Assembly (NCBI RefSeq): GCF_000400465.1
Contig: NW_008806278.1
Span: 322,592-354,591, forward strand
DNA: 32,000 bases
Direction of reading: 5' to 3'
Source of the DNA: Wallemia ichthyophaga EXF-994
Lineage: Eukaryota > Fungi > Basidiomycota
Under the pieces are notes generated by a model, which saw nothing but the letters and a program-made list of their open reading frames with translations, ran no database searches and was not told where the DNA came from. The position numbers and the translations under genes are program-made. Below are positions 20,958 to 32,000 of this stretch, one piece after another (position 1 is the stretch's first letter; every line of letters starts with the position of its first letter).

Positions 20958-23864
20958 CTACCCCACCAACTTCTCTAGCGCATCAATCACCTCCTCTGGC
21001 GTCGTCAAATGCCATCCAGCTAGACTGGGTTTCGAAGCCGGTCCGACAGTCACGGTGAATATATCGTCTGCATTCATGTTGATCTCCACTCCAGGCAGTG
21101 TCTCCTCCTTCTCACCACCCATGCTAACGCTCACCGGTGCATTCATGATAGGTTTCAGCGAAGAAGTCGAACCTGGCGCGAGGACGAAGATATCAGACAG
21201 TGACCTGAACATATCCTCATCTGTCTTATCATCTCCTGCGCACATGACAAACTCTGAGTCTGAGTGGTCGTATAGCAACCTCTTCACTATTTCCCCCTTG
21301 TTGACGGCGAGCGGACGTACTTCCAAGTTCTTCTTACCAACGAGCACTTAGTTTATGTCAGCTTGGGTGCACAAAACAATTTAATCACTCAATCACTCAC
21401 CCTCCACTGGCTTCTTGCTAACTACATTGCTCTCGAGCAAATCCTGACACTGCTTGCATTGAAAACTACCAAACTCTGCATCACAATTACGGTAGTGCCA
21501 CGTTATACTTGCCTTCTTCCTTTCTATCTGACTACCTATCGTGCGTTCTGTGAAATATTTGAATATATCCTCCACATCGTCCATCCAGCTCATATCAATA
21601 TTATCTGTGAGATTCCACCATTCCTTACTGTTAGGCTCTTTGATGAAGCAGCCATGCTCAGCGCTGAGACCAATGTTGGGCATGTGACCTAGATGCTCCG
21701 ACAGAAAGTTGCCATCGCGACCGCTAACGATGAAAACTATATTGCGCTCATCCGACGTAATTCGAGGTAGTATTTCTTTCAATTTCTGTCCAGGCACCGC
21801 AGCTGATGGTCGACTCACTATCGGCGTGAGTGTGCCGTCGTAATCAAACAATAGCAACCGCTTCTTGGCTTTTTTGTACTTATCCACTATTAGCTTGTGA
21901 TCGAGATATGGCGTCACTCTGGCTGTCTGACCAACACCTAAATTACGAAGCAACTCCTTGATCAGCGTAAAAGCCCACGTTTGCGATGTATGTGAGGATA
22001 CTCTCCTAAACAACTCAGTTTGCCTCTTTGCCTTATCTTCAGTTGACATGAGCAAACACTTATTTATTGCGCGTGCTGTACCAAATATATCCCATGGATT
22101 AATCCTCACTGTCTGATTAAGTATCCCACCAATCCCAGTGAACTCAGACAGAATTAGTGGCGATTGATATGTTTTCGATTGACACATGATATACTCAAGA
22201 GATGTTGTATTCATTCCATCTCTCGTAGCAGTTATCAGGCCCAAATCCGCCGACGACAGTAACGCAAAGTACTCATCACGCTCGATCATCTGATGATAGT
22301 GATGCACGGGTGTGAATCCCAATCCACCAAACTCGTTATTGATGTGTGATACCAAATCGGCCACATCTGACTCCAGCTTTGCATCTTCGTGGAGAGATGG
22401 GGATGTTACTTGAATAAGAACAACTTTGTTGCGCCATTCGGGGAATTCTTCAAGAAATTTGCGAAATGATTGTAGCTTTTGCACAACACCTTTCACCACA
22501 TCTAGTTTATCTCTGCCCACAATAATTTTGCAGCCGTGATAGAGTTGTCGAAGTGCATTAACCTTGGGCTCAACACCTTCCGCGTCTCTGTCAAGCAGCA
22601 CCCTCTCCACATCAATCCCAATAGGACAGTGGGAGATGGCAGTGTTGAAGCTATTACTCTCCACACCCGAGCTCGTGGATTCGTAGCCGCAAACTCTAAT
22701 GCAGCTTGAGAGAAAGTGGCGCGAGTAAGAATATGTTTGGAAACACACCAGATTCGAGCCGAGCATACCATCGAGTATCTCCTTGCGACGTGGTAAGCAT
22801 CTAAATATTTCAGACGACGGGAAGGGAGAGTGAAGGAACATTCCAATATAAGCCTCGCTAATCAACGACCTGAGCAACTTGGGTACCAAGAGCAAGTGAT
22901 AATCATGGACCAACACCAAATCGCCAGGTTTCCATATCTCAGCCACTTTCTTGGCATAAGCCCAATTAACCTCCAGGTAAGCCTGGTAGGTAGCATCATC
23001 CGACTCGTCCTGCTCAGGGAAATGCTCCTGCCAAATAAGATAGTGGAACAAGGGCCAGAGGGTGGTTTTGCAATAGCCTTCGTAGTGCATGTGCGCCAAC
23101 TTATCTTCAATCCAGACGGGAATCCAGCTCATGTCGTCAGTTTGAGTTTCCCGCTGAACTTTGAGCTCCTCTTCTAGAGCCTTCTTATCTGTCTCAGTAA
23201 GAGAGGAGGATTCAATGAGTTCACCACGTTGATTGCCAAGTCTGAGGTCACCAGGCCAGCCGATGCTAGTCTGTCTGAATTGAGAGCCAAGGGATCTGAT
23301 ACCAGCGTTCATAGCGGTGTGGCCTCTCCTATGAGACAAAGTCCACTTTGGCTGGCTAAAATTGTTATGTGCGGAAACAGTGGACATTCTTCTACGCCTG
23401 GGAAGCTCAGAGGAAGCGCCAGAAGGGCCAATGGGGAAGGAATGCTGATTTGGGGTATCGCTACGCCTCTCGAAGCCAACTTGATCAACTTCTGTGAGAA
23501 TTGGTTTGGGAGTGTCGCTGGGCTCGTCTTTCTGCTCGTCCTTCTCATTCTGATGCTTGAGCATACAAACGAAAGGCAAATAGTGTGAGACGTGTATGAG
23601 GTGACCAGTGAGGGAAATGCCTTGGTGACTGTAATCATCCATTAGCTGGTCGATGTTGCTGCGAATCTGAGCAATGACTTTGTTAGCGGGTGCTGTAAAG
23701 CCACGCAGATCAATCAAAACTAACTTGTTCTAATGACTCATGCGGATTCTTGTTCTCCGAAGGTTCAGCAAAGTATTCAGCGTCTTTAGATTGCGTTAGA
23801 AATGCGCAACTGTATAAAATGACTAATATCTACCAAATTGAGCTTCTAAATCTACAGAACTCAT
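20958..23864 (-). CDS. TPS2: Trehalose-6-phosphate phosphatase (GT20-like domain + HAD phosphatase domain)
   Basis: GT20-like region (HYEGYCKTTLWPLFHY, VHDYHL, FLHSPFPSSE, GRDKLD, RDGMN) plus intact HAD motif LLFDYDGTLTP, SGR, and CAGDDKTDEDMF. Start MSSVDLEAQF at 23864 via two 5' introns; a further intron lies near 21348-21400. Confidence 0.93.
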
Positions 23865-23956
23865 GAGCGTCACTGATTGAGTACATTCTAGATGAAGAAG
23901 ACGTGGAATTGATTCATGATGTCATTATATTTGTACATTTAATATAGCTACTATCT

Positions 23957-24957
23957 TTACCTTTGCAACTCTCTTTCTGTCAATGGCACATACTTTAATC
24001 TTTGGTTAGCAAATTCGTGAAAATATTCACCAACGAATACACACCATAACAGGGAACAACTCCTCCTTGTGAACAATTCCATTCTCATCTTTATCCACCT
24101 AAACATTTATAATTAGTCAAATCATTGCTTTTACTCCCAACTCACCTGCCAAATTGACTGTCCATATCCACCCGTTTTCTCGACAGGAACAAACATTCTT
24201 CCAGGAGTAGCGAGTTGATCAATCAGCACATCTGGCATTCGCGGTGCAGCTGCACCAACGTGTATAGCATTATAAGGGCCGTGCTCAGCCACACCCTGTC
24301 TACCATCACCGGCGATCATCTTGATAGCACCGCTGTTGATTGCATCTTCTAGTCCATCTCTCTTAAGATTATCCACGCTATTCTCCACTAGCTGTTCGAT
24401 ATGATCGATGCCGACCACCGTGCCGTTGTTGCCGATTAATTGATGGAACACAGCGCACGAATAACCACTGCCACTGCCAACATCCAGCACCTGCGATTTG
24501 ACTTGTGAATACAGCGTTTACCAACCACCCACACTTACCTTGTATCCTGGTTGGAGCAAGCTCAGCAAGTTCTCGGTCGCGTGTGCGTGCATATGCGGTG
24601 CACTGATAGTAGCTGAATGTCCAATAGACCTTGAGATTACTCTGATGAGCTCATTCTACTATCTCTCGCTGACTCAAACTCACTGCGGACTATCCTCATA
24701 AGCTGCCGCTTTGATCCTTACGTAGTGCGCTCTGTCTACCTTCTTCATTGCATTTGCCACTATATCGCTGTGGATTAGATTCGATGAGCGTAGGTTCTTA
24801 ATGAGCTGTGTGTGTGCGTCGGTGAGCACCTCCCTCCGAGTGGCCTAGTGGCCTAGTGGCGGCATTACATACCTCCACATTAGTCTTAGCAGAGCAAAGC
24901 CAGGCCCTGTAGTCTATTAGCAACTCTCGCTCACTTTCTCTCCTTATCCGCCCACAT
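23957..24957 (-). CDS. PCM1: Protein-L-isoaspartate O-methyltransferase
   Basis: Spliced reading: [12 protein letters not shown]|[28 protein letters not shown]...AYEDSPQ|[17 protein letters not shown]...[10 protein letters not shown]...GDGRQG...[11 protein letters not shown]...|VDKDENG...|[11 protein letters not shown]. Confidence 0.93.
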
Positions 24958-25045
24958 TATTATCACTCCAAATGACGTAGGTAGTCTTATAAGAAAAATA
25001 CATGTGCTGTACAAATTAAATGATGAGTGAAAATGATGATTCTTA

Positions 25046-27647
25046 TTAAAACGCGCTATACTCATCGAACTTCCAGTTCACATCGACATTGCTGTCGTTG
25101 AGAAAATCCAACTCCTTCATGAACATATTCTCCCACACTGTCCGACCGCCATCGACCGGCGACGTGAACACAGAGTCGAGCATGTTTTGAGGCTGTCTAG
25201 GTGTAGCAGTATCTCCATGTAAGCCTGGAAAGTTGGGTGCCAGACCGACGGGAGTGAATCCTTCCACTGATATCCTGCGCTTCTTCGCCGGTACTCCATC
25301 ACCCCTCCTCTGCTTATCTTCTTGGAGCAGTCTGTCGAGTGTGAGAACAGCCTTCTTGGCCACTGTAGAAGTATGTTGTATATCTCTGAATATCATCAAC
25401 GTTTCACCGACCTCCTTGCTTTTCTCGTCCGCTTCGATTGTGTCGACTGTGTGGAACAGGTCTATTAAGCTGCATGAATGGTGAGCAAGTAATCTTGTAC
25501 CAACATCAACAATACCCACATCACTACAGAGGCTGTCCAACATTGTATGAGAACTACCCACCACCGACTTGCAGGCCAATTATACTTCTGACCTTCCTTC
25601 ATTAGCTCCAGCAGCGTCTTAGCAGATGCCACACAAGCCTGTGTCGAGTATGCGTATTCTCTATTCGTATATCCCTCCGTCATGTATCCTCTATGCAGCC
25701 TCATCAGCCGGTTATGTATCGTGAAACTCATCATCAGTCTTTCCCAAGCTCTGCATGGTTTCATCGACAGCACCGCTGCATCGTACTCAGCCAAATCCAG
25801 TCGTAGGAATGTTGGTATGCGATCAAGGGCTGCGCGGTATCTAAGCGCGTGTCAGTGTATGTCTTAGTCGCAAATGCACTTTCACTCACTCAGCATCCAT
25901 CTCAATCACAAACGCATACGATCCTTTGCTATCTCTATTTAGTGTATCGACTATTTTGCGTGTTATGTTGGCGAATTGCAACTTGCTTCTGAAGTAGCTC
26001 ATGTCTGTCCAAACGCTGTCTGGTTGACAATTTATCTCTTTCTGCCGTACCAGGCCCTCGTCGTCAGCATTTGCAGGTACGCTTGTTGTCATCTATGCGG
26101 GTGTCTCAGCGACCTCTCACTCCTATCACTCCAATAACACATATCTACACACCTGGTCAACGTGTATCGCGTAGCTGTACGAGCTTGCTGACGCATTAAA
26201 AGAGTCTTGAAATACTAGCGAATGCCAGAGACGTCGTCCCATCTGCCTTTTGTTAGTGTGGAGTGGCCTTTTAGTCTTTTTTTTCCTACCTCTCTTTCTA
26301 ATACATCCCCTTCAGCTTCTCCGCCAGGTATCTCATCTGGTATGCGCGACAATCCCATCAGCTGAGCCATTTTGACTGTATTTTGTGAGTTGTTACGTGC
26401 GTGAAAAAAGCCCTCTCACTGGCTGTGCTCATCAGTATAAGATGTGTTTCTGTCTGGTTCTTGTTGTGTAAATATAAACCGAGTATCTTAAAGGTCGCTG
26501 GTTAGTTGGATCAACTGTCAGATTCAAACTTACTATGATGGTCTGAATAGCCTCGATTGAATGATTGATGAGGAAATCACTCTGCGATAATGCCGAGCGG
26601 GATATCTGATAGTAAGTATCGGCCTCCTTCTCATTACGAGTCTCAACATCTGGATTACTGAATGCAAATCCACCAGTATAGTAGTATTCACCACCGAAGT
26701 GCGTAGCAACGCACAGCACGCTAGCATAAAGAGCCATCCACTTGGAATCAATGTTATCGTAAGCGAAACCGACGCTCATTTCCTGCCAATAGTGAGCGTA
26801 ATCGGAGAGGAAGGTGGGGACATGCAGGGGTTTATGGAACCACTCGAGGTGCTGAATATAGAAACTAACGAGTATATCAGCCTTGTGTTTGTTTGGAAGG
26901 TACTGCAAGATATCCTTTGTCATAGTAATCTGCTCTGGTTTAGGAGTGAATGGGAAAGTAGCCAAAGGGGTAGAGGTGTGGTCGAGTGAAGTGGTAATGC
27001 TCGGAGGGTCACAATATACAGGTACAGAGGTAGATGAGTTCGATGGGATCGGTGTGTCTTGTACCGTGCGCCTGCCTACCGAACCAATCGAATCTGTCCT
27101 TTTCCTTCGCAACAACGCAGCTTCGTCGTTGAAGCTTTCGTCAGGTTTCCTTCCCATAGCTATACCCTCTAGCGTGAATGCTGCAGCTGTCTCCTCGTTC
27201 TCAAAATCCATATCAGCCAGAATACCGGTGCTCGAAGGTGAGGTAGTAACACCGATGCTATCGAATATATTCTGAGGGATAGGAATACCAGAGAAGCGGA
27301 GGAAGTTTGCGAGTGCGTGGAGACACGCCTGTGTATCTGATAGCTGCTCTCGGAGACAAGACACATCGTCTGAGCTAGCAGCGCTGCTCTTGCCGGGCTT
27401 TGAAGCTGGCTTCTCCTCCCAAATACATTTGTACTGCTCTCCTCTCTTCTTGCACGCTCCGCAAGGATGCTCTCTATCGCACTGCCCTTCTTGTTAGTAT
27501 GTACCGACACACACAGCTCCTACTGACCTTGATCTTGCGACGCTTGCACTCTGTACAGCTCAGCGCTTGTCTGTTGCGCGTCTTCTTCGGCTTTATCTCG
27601 CTTGTTCCCGTCGCCGCGTCCGCCGTTTGGAATATTGCTGACGACAT
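25046..27647 (-). CDS. Zn(II)2Cys6 transcription factor with fungal-specific TF (middle homology) domain
   Basis: RNRQALSCTECKRRKIK|CDREHPCGACKKRGEQYKC binuclear cluster. Downstream exons include LPNKHKADILVSFY...LHVPTFLSDY. Multiple GT-AG introns; the stop is at 25046. Confidence 0.88.
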
Positions 27648-27882
27648 GGCTGTGTGCTGATAACAGAATCACTGATGGTAATTCCGGGGTAACCAAGAAT
27701 GCTCAAAATTTTTATCAATATTATTAAATATAGTGAATTCTGCTGGTTTCTGTATCTGTCTAGACCTTAATTTACCGCTAAAAGCCAAACTATGTCCGCA
27801 CGGACCTCGGCTGTTCCTGGCGAATTGAAATTACTGAAAACGCTGAAAATTACTAATTTAATGTAAGTCGCTTATAATACAA

Positions 27883-29399
<1,517 letters not shown>

Positions 29400-29432
29400 G
29401 GTCGTTGTCGTTTGACTGCCAACACATTGATA

Positions 29433-30402
29433 ATGGATCAACAACAAAAGATGTAAGGGGGTTTTTTAGACTCAAATTCAATTCTTATTTTCACCACGCA
29501 GCCCACAAGACCTTAAAAACGTCGTTAGCTTCCTCAGAGAGAAATCTGGGATGAAGATACGTAACGGCGCTCTTTCTGGCAAGCGCGCTGAATATTTCAA
29601 GGGTTAGGCTGCTGTTATACATCCAATTCACTGCTGATTCTTATATATACCAGGTAGATCCGCAATCAAAGCCCTCCTCTCTCCTTCCTACGCAAAGTTG
29701 AGCAATGTTCCCCAAATCACATCCGAAGCAGACGCTACAAAGGTACTCCATAGTATCATTCCTTTCGCCTTCTTCCTCCGCGTAGATAGAGGTAACCCTA
29801 TCGGTGGAAAAGATTCCCCTAGAGAACTCAAGATCAACAATCAACAACTGTTTGCTCCAGACGACTACTACGTTTGGCTGTTCGCTGGCTCTCAACTCAG
29901 AGCTATGCTTGGCTCTGCAGGTCTCGTTGCTGTTATTCTAATCGGCGTCATGTTCCCTCTCTGGCCTACAAGTCTCAGAATTGGTGTTTGGTATCTTTCT
30001 GTCGCTGTGCTTGGCTTGATTGGTCTTTTCTTCGTTATTGCCATAATCAGACTGATCATTTATATCATCACCATGTTCACTGCAAGCCCCGGTCTTTGGA
30101 TTTTCCCAAATTTGTTCGAAGATGTTGGCTTCATTGACTCGTTCATACCCATGTATGAATGGGATTACCCTAAGAAGAAGAAAGCCGGCAAGAAGAAGGC
30201 TAAAAAGCAAGTCAACGATGCTAATCAAGTTACTGAGACAAAGGATTCAACGCACTCAGCTCTAAATCACAGCAAAGAATCCCTTCAGAATCCTTCAAAC
30301 AACACTTCAGCACAAAGTGACAGTGATACACGCGCTGATAGCCCTAACAGCCATGACAGCCCTGACAGCCCTAACACCTCTAACCATGCAAAGGAGGAGT
30401 AA
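29433..30402 (+). CDS. SEC62: ER translocation protein Sec62
   Basis: MDQQQK|IPQDLKNVVSFLR...KRAEYFKG|RSAIKALLS; FFLRVDRG; YYVWLF; two TM segments (GVMFPLWP; AIIRLIIYIIT); PGLWIFPNLFEDVGFIDSFIPMYEW. Introns at 29453-29501 and 29603-29653. Confidence 0.95.
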
Positions 30403-30516
30403 ATAGTTAAATAGTTTAGTTTATTACATAATTTTTATACAATGGCATTATTCTACATCATTATACTTAAATAACTCATTTCGGACTAGGCCGATGATCT
30501 TTATCTCCCAACAATC

Positions 30517-31262
30517 ATGAGCTTGGCCGCTGGCAACAATTTCGACGATCTCACCTCGGGCGATCTATACGCCGTGTATTCACAGAGGCCACAGAGCACT
30601 GCATACGCTGGACTACCTGTAATCGCTGGTCAAAATTACAATGATCGTTTCAGTGAGGAGTGGAGTGAGCTTGCCTCTGATTATACCGCAGAGCTGCCTA
30701 CACTGCGCTCACTGCTTCCAGAGGAGCTAAACGGCGAGCCTGTTGAGCATGACTACCAGGACCAAGATTTCAAAGACGACTCAAGCGCCGGCTACGATGA
30801 TGACCAGGACCAGGACCAGGATCAGGATCAAGACCAGGACGATGACTATGAAGCAGAATACGAGCCTGACGATGGCTGGTATTCACATCACGCCGACAAT
30901 CCATCCGCTTTGTCGATTTCCCAGGATAACGACGCAAACAACGCAAACGGCGCAAACAACACCGATACAATAAACGATACAGGCACAGATGAAGAGCCGC
31001 TATACGTGAATGCAAAGCAGTACCATAGAATTCTAAAAAGGAGGCAAATCAGACAGCGTCTCGAGGAGTTGAATAGAATTTCCAAGGAAAGGAAGGTGAG
31101 CAATGATCCATGTCTTTAGTTGAGTTGTATTGACGCGTTACAAAGCCATACCTCCACGAATCTAGGCATAGACACGCTAAGAGACGCCCTAGAGGTGCTG
31201 GTGGCAGATTCCTCACTGCCAATGAAGTCGAAGAACTCAACAAAAAACACGCAGACGAATAA
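30517..31262 (+). CDS. HAP2: CCAAT-binding factor subunit Hap2/NF-YA
   Basis: [25 protein letters not shown]...|[24 protein letters not shown] across intron 31096-31145; stop at 31260-31262. Confidence 0.93.
30802..30840 (+). repeat. Hexanucleotide coding microsatellite (GACCAG)n encoding (DQ)6D
   Basis: gaccaggaccaggaccaggatcaggatcaagaccaggac. Confidence 0.9.
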
Positions 31263-31290
31263 CGCAGCGTAGAAGAACGTGATAGCGTTA

Positions 31291-31350
31291 CAGCGTGTAC
31301 CAGCGTGTATCCGTGTGTACCCGCGTGTACCCGCGTTTGCCCGCTTATAC
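31291..31350. repeat. 10-bp tandem repeat, 6 degenerate copies (consensus CCGCGTGTAC)
   Basis: cagcgtgtac cagcgtgtat ccgtgtgtac ccgcgtgtac ccgcgtttgc ccgcttatac. Confidence 0.9.
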
Positions 31351-31435
31351 CAACCTAGAATTTGCTGAAAAATGTTGTAATATTATTTAAGTGTATTTAT
31401 TATCTCTGTCTAGCTCTTGCTTCTCAACCCCTATC

Positions 31436-32000
31436 ATGCTCGACAAACGATACGAGAGATACGCGGGAATGAGAAGAGATGCAACGTCACAGCTATCCCA
31501 GGCAGAGATAGACGCTGACGACGTTGAAGATGAAAAGGTTCCTAGATTTTTTGCCGTCGCACGGGTATCTCACCAAACCACTCGCAGATCACTCTCGCAA
31601 TCAGCGCGCACAAGGACGAGATCGCTGTGGCTTCTTTCGATACACTAACTCACAAGATACGCGTCATGCAGGATACCCCTGATAGTTCATCTCATCATCT
31701 TATCACCACCAGTCAGACAATACTATCTCCTAATGACGACATTACTGATAAATTCTAGTTTTGCATCAGCTGCAGCCAGACGAGGTATACTGCTCACTCA
31801 CTGCACCCGAATCGCTCATCGATGCTGTTGAGCTCTTCATCGCCAGTGTAAAAACAAACGCTGTTCTCCACCTCAATCCTTGGAAGGATTTCGCTTATGA
31901 TCCATCCAAGTCGCGTATTTTGCAGCTCAATTTGTCCAACATCGAATGGTCTAATGATTTACCTGTTACGCCTACAGCTACTCCCCAGTCAGCATTCCAA
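31436..32000 (+). CDS. MSH5: Probable MutS homologue MSH5, N-terminal part (3'-truncated by window edge)
   Basis: Introns 31538-31587 and 31712-31758 give an open frame to the window end: ...ITLAISAHKDEIAVASFDTLTHKIRVMQDTPDSSSHHLITTILHQLQPDEVYCS...LHLNPWKDFAYDPSKSRILQLNL. This resembles the N-terminal connector-like region of fungal Msh5. The ATPase domain is not in the window. Confidence 0.62.

Noticed and set aside
11502-27647. Secondary-metabolite cluster (MFS transporter + Zn2Cys6 factor, with an SDR elsewhere in the window)
   Set aside because: No backbone enzyme (PKS, NRPS, terpene synthase), and the genes are far apart among housekeeping genes.
27796-27810. CCG-N2-CGG-N4-CGG triplets upstream of the Zn2Cys6 gene (autoregulatory site?)
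   Set aside because: CGG triplets are too short and frequent to support a site without conservation or binding data.

Overview
Eukaryotic (fungal, basidiomycete-type) genomic DNA with extreme gene compaction. I support 21 protein-coding genes in 32 kb, with introns mostly about 44-60 nt and all but one intergenic spacer between 22 and 235 bp. This architecture and the Hog1 sequence suggest a Wallemia species (inference, not verified). Order: SDR (partial), Mpv17/PMP22, SPA2, DUF4203-like membrane protein, PXR1, GAS2/GAR-domain protein, DHA1 MFS transporter, LYR-like small protein, divergent TFIIB/BRF-family factor, MRPS5, two-box HMG protein, BTB-like protein, intronless HOG1, mitochondrial TPR protein, TPS2, PCM1, Zn2Cys6 transcription factor, CDF zinc transporter, SEC62, HAP2, MSH5 (partial). 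Most ORF-track entries are exon fragments or antisense shadows; gene models were rebuilt by hand from splice signals. No transposon, rRNA, tRNA or CRISPR array was recognised. Best leads: a BRF2-like TFIIB paralogue, two head-to-head gene pairs with start codons only 22 and 33 bp apart, an intronless divergent HOG1 near TPS2 and PCM1, and one anomalous 1.3 kb gap.
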